Assembly: GCA_009602735.1 (NCBI GenBank)
Contig: WELA01000984.1
Span: 1 to 58,501 of the forward strand
Direction: 5' to 3'
DNA: 58,501 nucleotides
Origin: Mesotaenium endlicherianum
Lineage: Eukaryota
Shown here: positions 23,601 through 35,600 of the stretch, one piece after another
Position numbering within the stretch: the stretch's first letter is position 1
How the letters are laid out: each line of letters starts with the position of its first letter
The notes under the pieces: model-generated
Told to the model about the DNA's origin: nothing
The model's database searches: none
What the model saw: only the letters and a program-made list of their open reading frames with translations
Translations under genes and position numbers: made by a program

Positions 23601-26600
23601 TTTGGTAAGACTTTTGCACTGTAACCCCAAGCTAGCAAGAAGAATGTTTGTGCATCAGACTGAACAAGATCATTCAAGCCATGCATTGCGAGAACGTCTA
23701 TAATGTCGATGGTCTCTTCTGTCTTTACTTAGGTGTGCATAGTGAATCTATTACAGCAGGGCCCATTTTATACCTGCTCAACGATATGCTAACGGCGATC
23801 CACTACCTCTAGCACCCGAGATGCAAATTCCATGCACCTGACGCATCTACCAATGCACCTTGCATACGACCTAGCATGTGCCTCTAGCGAGCTCAATTAG
23901 CTGCGAGGCCGGCAGAAACTTAGCACACTGCTAATATGCCCAGATCGTCCGTATGAAGAAGACACAGACCTCCTTACACTTGACCAAGTGTACAGGTGGC
24001 ATCCAAAACCTATAGCCAACTGGACCTAAGGCAAGTAGTCAAACCCCCTCTAGTATCCACGTTGACTTTCCATACATCACTCAACACATCATACAGACCT
24101 ATGTCGCGATATGCTGATCTACAGCATGTTGCCCAGAGCTCATTTAACTCAAGCACTTAAAGTACTCGTTGTCCGCGGCTGCTCTCGGACCCTTAATGAA
24201 CCATGCAAAGTAAAAGCGAGTCAAAGGAAAGCCCTTGCGTCCATAAACCCAAGCCCTTAACTCCTTTAACCACATTAGGTCAAATAATGCAGCAGGTTGA
24301 CTTAGCCTAAGTCAACAACCACATAAGACCCGCATCCAAAACCTCAACACACTGACTAACCCCACCTTAAGCTTAATCCCAAGCTCCCACAATCCCATCA
24401 AGTACCACAAAGCACCGTCCAACACATAGCATTCAAGCACAAGGCACATACCCTAAACCCTCCAAGCACAAATCGATGTGGCAAACGAGAGAAGCACACA
24501 ATGTCACAGCCACGGTGGGGAGTAGGGGGTATCTGTAGGATGCCATTGTTGCTGCCGAAGCCTCTTCACATAGAAGTTGCAGCATGCTGAAGGTTGTGGA
24601 CGACGTAGTGCACTTGGATCGTGTCGAGGATAACTTGTCGTCGATCCATACTTGGAAACTTAACTTAGTAAATCATGTGTGCACGCACTGTCTCAATTGC
24701 TCAACACATGCAGCCATACCCAAGCTCCCTCAACCTAGCTACCACACATATAATGAGAGAGGTACGTCTCTTGCAAAGCAACAAGCTTAAACCCGAAGGG
24801 ATAGCACAATAGGCTAACAAGTCCTCTAGCACCGCTGGAGTGCACACCCCTCTCTATACTAGCCGTGGATTGCATATAACAACACACAACGACTATGATT
24901 AAGTGAGGTAAATGAGTCATATCCAGCTTGCTATGATGCAACTCCCTTGAGGCTGCCCTTGATGCTTGCAGACACCTCTTCCATCAAGCCTCCACTTTAG
25001 GCTTCTCGTTGGGTGGACCTGTACACAAGAGGCTAGGAAAGTCAAGTTAGTATGCTGCATAGTACATTGAGCCCAGAGACACACTAGGCAAGCAAGTGGA
25101 AGAATCCTGGACGGGATGTGCAATGCTCTACATCATACACTTCCCAAGCTCCACCTAGACTCATCATATCGCACAAGTAAGCCTCACACATTTACCTCAT
25201 GAGACAAAGAAGACGAGCACGGACATTCAAGAAAGGACTAAGCTCCGATAACCACTGAAATGAATCTTGCTTATTCAAGATTAATATATTTCATTTGAAA
25301 ATATAAGGTCAGAGATAGGTGGAAGCGTGTGAAATCAGGGAGCAATCTTTGCCTTTATAATGAATTCCGTTTACTCATCTATAACCCTTGACTCACTTAC
25401 CGTAGTGTGCCATAGTTGCACACTAACACGAGGCACAAGTAAGAGGCGAGCTTGAGGACTTGAGCTTCTCCTTTAGAAACTCATGGCCTCTTGCCTACCA
25501 GGCACGCAATCATGTGTAGCACATGCACAACATCAGGGGACTGAATAGCGAAGGCGCTCTCATTCAGATGACCATAATGTAGCTAAAACACATCCCACTT
25601 ACTTAGGTGCAAAACCATGGAATCTGTCCGCTGTGTGACCCCAAACTGTCAGAGGGCATAACTCTGCCAATACTACTTCAAATTGAGCACACTTAATGAC
25701 AACGGTTGCATCTTGACGACACCTTTCCGAAAAGTCCTAGTTCACTCCATTTGGAGCGCAGACAAAGCAACCATGTCAATTTCCGTGAAGGCTGGTCATT
25801 AGAACGAACCCAAAAAGTGCACACATGACTTGCAAGTAGAAATCCAACTGTAAAGCCTACTGTCCAGAATGAGGGACCACGAGATTCCAGCCTGCTATGT
25901 ACCTAGTGACCACACTGGTTGACCACGGTGCAAGGTGCGCCGTTTCGTGGGAAACCCGTTAAGTTGGGACCTACGGATGTAGGTATAACGACCATATCAA
26001 TTGGTCGGTTGACTGAAGTCCTAATTGTTCAGTTGACTGACGACGGCTCCGCCTACCCAGGACTTAACCACACTGGTAGAATATCGATTTACCGAATCTC
26101 AGTCGACCTCCCGACTTTCAGTATATTACGGTCACATGTGCCAATCTACAAATTATAATTTAGATGAATATATCTACCCTCAGCGTACTGAAGCTAAGTA
26201 TACTGACTAATATCAAGCGAGCTTACTATATGTCATCCTGCTGATATTACATCCTATATATAATTGATGTATAAATCTCAATTGACACACATCCTCATAG
26301 TCCCATCCTTCTTCTTCACAAATAAGACTGGCGCTGCAAATGGAGATTCGCTGGGTTGGATGAATCCCTTCTCCAATAACTCTGTCAATTGCTTCTTCAA
26401 CTCATCTAACTGTGCAAACGATTGTCGATAGGCGGGTCTCACTGGTGGCTTGCTCCCTGGTTCCAACTCGATCTTGTGCTCCATAGCTCTCTGCGGAGGT
26501 AGTCTTGCAGGTAGCTCTTCAGGAATAACGCACTTGAACTCCTCCAACAGCACCTTAATTTGGGCAGGCATCTCAGCAGGCTTCTTCTCTTGAGCAGTTG

Positions 26601-29600
26601 GGCTCTGCTCCTTCGGAGCAAGGGGATCAGACACCACTACTTGCTCCTCCGGCGATGTACATTTGCCCAGGCTGTTAGGATTCACGCGTGCTCCATCTGA
26701 TGACCTGGCCAGGGCCACCGAAACAAGGTACATCTCCTTCACCTGCTTCGCTCTGCATAGCTTCTTAACTTGCAGGCTCGACAGAAAACAGTTACTTGTG
26801 GTCATATCTACCTCCACCTGTTTTGCTGTCTCCATTTGAGCATCACGCCCTTGGACCTTCACTTGTCCGGTGCTCCAGTGCACTTGAGGGTTGGCTTTTC
26901 TTAGCCATGGTCGTCCCAATATCACCTCATGGTGACCCAACTTTGCCTGCTCCATAACTTCAGTCCTCTGGTGCCCCGCTACTTCCACGTGAATAACTTC
27001 CGTAGGTGCACCACACTTGAGTCTCTGCCCATTTGCCAAAATTGCCTCCTTAGGCTCATAATGCTTCTGCACAAAAATTCGCCACTGTTTCACCAGCTTC
27101 TTGTGCACAAAGTTTGCACTTGCGCCACTGTCGACCATACACTTGGCCTTGTTGTCATTGACCACTCTTTCCACGATGATAGGCTTGTCAACATCTCGTC
27201 CTTTGCTTCTCGGTAGGCTCCTGGAGATAACCTCCTTGTGAGTTCTTGTCTTCACGCCAGTAGACACTCCAGAACGACTTACTGGCGTCCTCCTTTTTCC
27301 TGTTGTTGAGGTTGCTTCGCCTTCACATGACAGTCTCGAGCCATATGTCCAAGCTTGCCGCAATTATAGCAGGGTCCTCTCGGCTTGAAATTTTGCTGCT
27401 TGCGCTGGTACTGCACAAGTCCCAACTCCATAGGTACTGGACCTTGACCACTCGTGCTTGGCGCTTGAGATCCAAAGTGTCGATAGCCTCCAATGAAAGG
27501 GGCAGAGTGCCCTAGTGGAAGCGTAGTGACTCACGAGGAAAGGAACTAGTTGCCATCATACTAGAGAGTGCAGCGGCATATCACTAACAAAGCTTAGGAA
27601 AATTACTCAACATTTTGAGTAGCAGGAAACTGCTCACAAATGATGTAGGATGAAAGGCCTTGTCATTACAAACCCGTAGAAATTTACAGAAGTGAAAACT
27701 GATAAGAAACAAAGAAGTTATGCCTATTTATAATTTTCTGCCTAAGTTCTCCTCCCTAGGAGGAAGCTACGGATTTTCTTAAGTGTTCGTCAAATCGTCC
27801 CTTCCAGAATATTCGTGAGTAAGCCAGATCAGTCTAATCTGACGTGTCGGGCCGAATTGACGTCCACATACATGCATCGACATTACTAGAATATTCTATC
27901 TTAGACGCGCTAGGCTAAACCGAAACTTCTAGGTAAATCGACCTAGTCGGCACTCCGCGTCAGCCGAACTTACGTGAAGGTTCGAGTTCATTCTAACGGG
28001 CCAGATCGCTCGACGCTGTCGGTCAATCCGACGGTCGCGCTCACCGCGAATTAAGGACAGTCGTCAACCGACCTCAAAACTAATTAAACTTCGGAAATCC
28101 ATAACTCTCTCAATACTTGACCAAATTCGATGAACTTTATATCAAAATGACCACAAAAATGCACTCTACACTACTATACAATCAAAACATACTTTCATGA
28201 TACTCAAAAATGCACTTCATAAACCTATGACCTTACATCATCCCCCTTCTCAAGATGCGACGTCCTCGACGCATTCTGCAGATAACGTCTCAACTTACTC
28301 TTACAATGAGTCAAGTTGGCCTCTGGCTCCCAAGTGTTGTCGTCCGCATGGTAGCCTTTCCACTTGACCAGATACTCTTGGACAAATCGTTGACCTCGCT
28401 TGACTCGTCGATCGCCGACAATCGCCTCCACTTCATACTCCAATACATCATCGATCTCGACCGGTGGTGGCGGTGTAGGTAGTCGTCCTGGATGTCCTTC
28501 ATTCGGGTCAACGTATGGCCGTAGACAACTGACATGGAACACATCATGGATACGCCAGCCTGAAGGAAGTTCCAACTTGTAGGCCACTGGATTCACCTGC
28601 TTGAGCACTACAAAGGGACCTGTAAACCGTGCCCGCAGTTTCCTCTTGCCTGTGAAAGGTAGGTTCTCTGTGGACAAGAGTACTTTGTCGCCCACATGGA
28701 ATGTCACTTCCCTCCTGTGCTTGTTAGCATGCTTGACCTGCTCTTCCTGTGCCTTCCGAATACACGTCTTCGCCATATCCCAAGTCTTGGCCATCTGCTC
28801 CATAAAAGCTTGTGTAGTAGGAACCTGAGTCTCCTTGGCCTTCTCCAACAAGATGTTCCCTGGATGATATACTTCTCTCCCATAAACCATAGCGAATGGT
28901 GACTGCTTGGTCGATCCCTGCATGCTGTTGTTGTAGGCAAACTCCAACCCTGGTAGCTTCTTGTCCCACTCTGAAGGGTCTTCCATAGTGAAACTCCTGA
29001 GCACCTCTTGCAGAGTTCTGTTGAGCCTCTCACTCTGCCCATCTGTCTGAGGGTGATAGGAAGTGCTCATACTCAGCTTGGTCCCCATCAAAGTAAACAA
29101 TGACCGCCAAAAGTTGCTAGTAAACCTTGGATCTCGATCTGAAACAATCACCTTCGGCAACCCATGTAGCCTAAAAATATGATCAAAGAATAGCCGTGCC
29201 ACATCTGCTGCCGTAGAAGTCTCCTTCATGGGAATGAAGTGAGCCATCTTGCTGAGTCTGTCAGACACTACCCATACTGCATCGTGCCCTTGACCACTGA
29301 CTGGTAACGATGTGATGAAGTCCATAGCAATCTGCTCCCAAGGATACTCTGGAATAGGCAGGGGCCGCAATGTACCTCCCTTCTTTTGATTTGGTGTCTT
29401 GTTTCTCTGGCACGCATCGCAACTCCTGATCCACTCCTCGATGTCCTTGTCCATATTTCTCCAGTAGTATTCCCGCTTCAGCACGCTTGCCGTCTTCTCG
29501 CTTCCAAAGTGTCCAGCATATAAGCAGTCATGATGCTCCGCAAGTAGTAAGTCTCGTAGCTCCTTGATGTCAGGTACCACCACTCTCTTGGAATCACCAT

Positions 29601-32600
29601 AATACCATATGCCGTCCTTCTTCTGCATACTCGAGTTGAACTCAGCTGCTCCACCATCAGCAAACTGTGGGTCCTCCTCATAACCTCTTTGAAGCTTCTC
29701 CTTGAAGTCCATATTCTCCTTGATGACTGAGACAGCTGCAAGGTCACACCTCCTGGATAAAGCGTCTGCAGGGTTGATCTTCCCAGGTAAGTACTCAATC
29801 TTGTGGTCGAACTGTTGCAGAAACTCCATCCACCTTGCCTGTCTTGGTGTCAACGTTGGCTGCGTCATAAACTTCTCCAAGCTCTTGTGGTCGGTCTTGA
29901 TGAACACCTTCCGGCCGTCCACATAACATCGCCAAATCCTCAAAGCCTGGATAATAGCCAACATCTCCCGCTCGTGTGCTGCATAGTTCTGCTCAGCAGG
30001 ACTCAACTTCCTGCTCTCATATGCCACAGGCTGCAATCCTTTGCCCTGGTCCTGGAGAAGAATGGCTCCCACTGCAAAGTTTGATGCGTCCGTGATGATG
30101 GTGAAAGGAAGCTCTGGACTGGCAATTGCCAACACAGGTGCCTGTGTTAACAGCTCCTTAATCTTCTCGAAGGCTTGCTGCTCCTTGTCACCCCATAGCC
30201 ACTTCTCCTGCTTCTTCAACATGTCCGTGAGCGGTGCACACACCTTGGCAAATCCTTCAATGAAACGTCGATAATAATTCGCCATGCCGAGGAAACTCCT
30301 GAGTTGATGAATATCAGCAGGTACCGGCCAATCTCTGACTGCTTGCACCTTCTTCTGCTCCACCTTGACTCCTTCAGCTCCCACTATGTGTCCAAGAAAC
30401 TCGACCTCCTTGAGACAGAAGTCGCACTTGCTCATCTTCCCATACAGCTTTTGATCTCTCAAGACCTCCAACACCTTCCTCAGATGCTCCACATGCTCTT
30501 CCAAGGTCTTCGAATAGATCAGGATGTCGTCCAAAAATACCACCACAAACTGGTCCAAGTAGGGTCTGAAGATACTATTCATGAGTCCCATGAATGTAGC
30601 AGGTGCATTAGTCAATCCAAAAGGCATGACTGTGAACTCGAACAAACCATAGCGAGTTCTGAAAGCAGTCTTCTGAACGTCTCCTTCCGCAATCCGTACC
30701 TGGTGATAGCCACTCCTCAAATCGATCTTCGAGAAATACTTCGCCCCGACAAGCCTGTCAATCAACTCGTCCACTCGTGGAAGTGGGTACCTGTTCTTGA
30801 TGGTGACCTTGTTGAGTGCCCGGTAGTCGACACACATCCTCATAGTCCCATCCTTCTTCTTCACAAATAAGACTGGCGCTGCAAATGGAGACTCGCTGGG
30901 TCGGATGAATCCCTTCTCCAATAACTCTGTCAGTTGCTTCTTCAACTCATCCAACTCCGCAAACGATTGTCGATAGGCGGGTCTCACTGGTGGCTTGCTC
31001 CCTGGTTCCAACTCAATCTTGTGCTCCATAGCTCTCTGTGGAGGTAATCCTGCAGGTAGCTCCTCAGGAAATACGCACTTGAACTCCTCCAACAGCGCCT
31101 TAATTTGGGCAGGCATCTCAGCAGGCTTCTTCTCTTGAGCAGTTGGGCTCTGCTCCTTCTGAGCAAGGGGATCAGACACCACTACTTGCTCCTCCGGCGA
31201 TGTACATTCGCCCAGGCTGTTAGGATTCACGCTTGCTCCATCTGATGACCTGGCCAGGGCCACCGAAACAAGGTACATCTCCTTCACCTGATTCGCCCTG
31301 CATAGCTTCTTAACTTGCAGGCTCGACAGAAGACAGTTACTTGTGGTCGTATCTACCTCCACCTGTTTCGCTGTCTCCATTCGACCATCACGCCCTTGGA
31401 CTTTCACTTGTCCTGTGCTCCAGTGCACTTGAGGGTTGGCTTTCCTCAGCCATGGTCGGCCCAATATCACCTCATGGTGACCCAACTCTGCCTGCTCCAT
31501 AACTTCCTTACTCCGGTGCCCCGCTACTTCCACGTGAATAGCTTCCGTAGGTGCACCACACTTGAGTCTCTGCCCATTCGCCAAAATTGCCTCCTTAGGC
31601 TCATAATGCTTCTGCACAGGGATTCGCCACTCTTTCACCAGCTTCTTGTGCACAAAGTTTGCACTTGCGCCACTGTCGACCATACACTTCGCCTTGTTGC
31701 CGTCGACCACTCCTTCCACGATGATAGGCTTGTCAACGTCTCGTCCTTTGCTTCTCGGCAGGCTCCTGGGGATAACCTCCTTGTGAGTTCTCGTCTTCAC
31801 GCCAGTAGACACCCCAGAACGACTTACTGGCGTCCTCCTTTTTCCTGCTGTTGAGGTTGCTTCGCCTTCACATGACAGTCTCGAGCCAGATGTCCAAGCT
31901 TGCCGCAACTATAGCAGGGTCCTCTCGGCTTGAAATTCTGCTGCCTGCGCTGGTACTGCACAAGTCCCAACTCCATGGGTACTGGACCTTGAACACTCGT
32001 GCTTGGCGCTTGAGATCCAAAGTGTCGATATCCTCCAAAGTTGTGGCTGCCCCACTGCCTCTGACTATACTCCACAGCGTCGACCCTTGTTGCCAATGCC
32101 ATCATTTCTCCAAGACTGGTAGGGTCCTTGAGCGCCACTTCCTTGGCCACAGTTGGCTTGAGTCCCCTCTTGAACTTGTCCATCATCTCCGACTCGTGCA
32201 TGGATGGACATTGAAGCACCAGCTCGTTGAAGCGCGATACATACTCTTGAACGCTTCCTCGTTGACGAAGGCGCACCAATAGATCTCGAGCGGTAGCCTC
32301 GGGTGCAATAGGTTGAAATTGCCTCTTCAAGCCTTCAAATAGCTGATCAACAGTAGCAGGAACTCCAGACAGCTGCTCTTCTCGTTCATACCAAGCTCCA
32401 GCACTCTTCTGCAGCAAAGTTATGACAAAGGCGACTTGCCTGTCGGGCGTGAGCGCAGAATACTCCATAAACTTCTTCACTCCAAAAATCCATTGATGAA
32501 CAGGCGGCGATCCACGCTCTCCAGTATAAACTTCAGGCTTAGGCGCACGCACTCCTGATGCGGGTGGAATAACTGGTTGCACCACTGGGTTAACATGAAT

Positions 32601-35600
32601 CGGTGGTACAACAGGTGCAGGTGCCGAACTCGTCGAAGCGGCGTTCCCCATAACAACTCGCACCATTCTCTCCACCTCCGCGCGCATATTTTGTTGAAAC
32701 TGGGTGTAGACTTCTCCTCCAATTGCATTTGCCATTTGTCTTAGCATCGCCTGCATCTCTTGTTGCTCTCTGGTCATTGTTGGTGCTGCCTGCTGCCCCG
32801 CGCGCTCAACATGCTCAACACGTTCGCCTCCCTCAGCTGCCGGCTGCGACTCCATAATATAATATGCAAACTAGCCTTGCTCCGATACCAGATGAAAGGG
32901 GCAGAGTGCCCTAGTGGAAGCGTAGTGACTCACGAGGAAAGGAACTAGTTGCCATCATACTAGAGAGTGCAGCGGCATATCACTAACAAAGCTTAGGAAA
33001 ATTACTCAACATTTTGAGTAGCAGGAAACTGCTCACAAATGATGTAGGATGAAAGGCCTTGTCATTACAAACCCGTAGAAATTTACAGAAGTGAAAACTG
33101 ATAAGAAACAAAGAAGTTATGCCTATTTATAATTTTCTGCCTAAGTGCTCCTCCCTAGGAGGAAGCTACGGATTTTCCTAAGTGTTCGTCAAATCGTCCC
33201 TTCCAGAATATTCGTGAGTAAGCCAGATCAGTCTAATCTGACGTGTCGGGCCGAATTGACGTCCACATACATGCATCGACATTACTAGAATATTCTATCT
33301 TAGACGCGCTAGGCTAAACCGAAACTTCTAGGTAAATCGACCTAGTCGGCACTCCGCGTCAGCCGAACTTACGTGAAGGTTCGAGTTCATTCTAACGGGC
33401 CAGATCGCTCGACGCTGTCGGTCAATCCGACGGTCGCGCTCACCGCGAATTAAGGACAGTCGTCAACCGACCTCAAAACTAATTAAACTTCGGAAATCCA
33501 TAACTCTCTCAATACTTGACCAAATTCGATGAACTTTATATCAAAATGACCACAAAAATGCACTCTACACTACTATACAATCAAAACATACTTTCATGAT
33601 ACTCAAAAATGCACTTCATAAACCTATGACCTTACATCATCCCCCTTCTCAAGATGCGACGTCCTCGACGCATTCTGCAGATAACGTCTCAACTTACTCT
33701 TACAATGAGTCAAGTTGGCCTCTGGCTCCCAAGTGTTGTCGTCCGCATGGTAGCCTTTCCACTTGACCAGATACTCTTGGACAACTCGTTGACCTCGCTT
33801 GACTCGTCGATCGCCGACAATCGCCTCCACTTCATACTCCAATACATCATCGATCTCGACCGGTGGTGGCGGTGTAGGTAGTCGTCCTGGATGTCCTTCA
33901 TTCGGGTCAACGTATGGCCGTAGACAACTGACATGGAACACATCATGGATACGCCATCCTGGAGGAAGTTCCAACTTGTAGGTCACTAGATTCACCTGCT
34001 TGAGCACTTCAAAGGGACCTGTAAACCGTGCCCGCAGTTTCCTCTTGCCTGTGAAAGGTAGGTTCTCTGTGGACAAGAGTACTTTGTCGCCCACTTGGAA
34101 TGTCACTTCCCTCCTGTGCTTGTTAGCATGCTTGACCTGCTCTTGTTGTGCCTTCCGAATACACGTCTTCGCCATATCCCAAGTCTTGGCCATCTGCTCC
34201 ATAAAAGCTTGTGTAGTAGGAACCTGAGTCTCCTTGGCCTTCTCCAACAAGATGTTCCCTGGATGATATACTTCTCTCCCATAAACCATAGCGAATGGTG
34301 ACTGCTTGGTCGATCCCTGCATGCTGTTGTTGTAGGCAAACTCCAACCCTGGTAGCTTCTTGTCCCACTCTGAAGGGTCTTCCATAGTGAAACTCCTGAG
34401 CACCTCTTGCAGAGTTCTGTTGAGCCTCTCACTCTGCCCATCTGTCTGAGGGTGATAGGAAGTGCTCATACTCAGCTTGGTCCCCATCAAAGTAAACAAT
34501 GACCGCCAAAAGTTGCTAGTAAACCTTGGATCTCGATCTGAAACAATCACCTTCGGCAACCCATGTAGCCTAAAAATATGATCAAAGAATAGCCGTGCCA
34601 CATCTGCTGCCGTAGAAGTCTCCTTCATGGGAATGAAGTGAGCCATCTTGCTGAGTCTGTCAGACACTACCCATACTGCATCGTGCCCTTGACCACTGAC
34701 TGGTAACGATGTGATGAAGTCCATAGCAATCTGCTCCCAAGGATACTCTGGAATAGGCAGGGGTCGCAATGTACCTCCCTTCTTTTGATTTGGTGTCTTG
34801 TTTCTCTGGCACGCATCGCAACTCCTGATCCACTCCTCGATGTCCTTGTCCATATTTCTCCAGTAATATTCCCGCTTCAGCACGCTTGCCGTCTTCTCGC
34901 TTCCAAAGTGTCCAGCATATAAGCAGTCATGATGCTCCGTAAGTAGTAAGTCTCGTAGCTCCTTGATGTCAGGTACCACCACTCTCTTGGAATCACCATA
35001 ATACCATATGCCGTCCTTCTTCTGCATACTCGCGTTGAACTCCGCTGCTCCACCATCAGCAAACTGTGGGTCCTCCTCATAACCTTTTTGAAGCTTCTCC
35101 TTGAAGTCCATATTCTCCTTGATGACTGAGACAGCTGCAAGGTCACACCTCCTGGATAAAGCGTCTGCAGGGTTGATCTTCCCAGGTAAGTACTCAATCT
35201 TGTGGTCGAACTGTTGCAGAAACTCCATCCACCTTGCTTGTCTTGGTGTCAACGTTGGCTGCGTCATAAACTTCTCCAAGCTCTTGTGGTCGGTCTTGAT
35301 GAACACCTTCCGGCCGTCCACATAACATCGCCAAATCCTCAAAGCCTGGATAATAGCCAACATCTCCCGCTCGTGTGCTGCATAGTTCTGCTCAGCAGGA
35401 CTCAACTTCCTGCTCTCATATGCCACAGGCTGCAATCCTTTGCCCTGGTCCTGGAGAAGAATGGCTCCCACTGCAAAGTTTGACGCGTCTGTGATGATGG
35501 TGAAAGGAAGCTCTGGACTGGCAATTGCCAACACAGGTGCCTGTGTTAACAGCTCTTTAATCTTCTCGAAGGCTTGCTGCTCCTTGTCACCCCATAGCCA

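Noticed and set aside
30304..32282. Antisense ORFs of 188, 179 and 143 aa repeated in every array unit
   Set aside because: Shadow ORFs of gag/pol; their conservation only reflects near-identical copies
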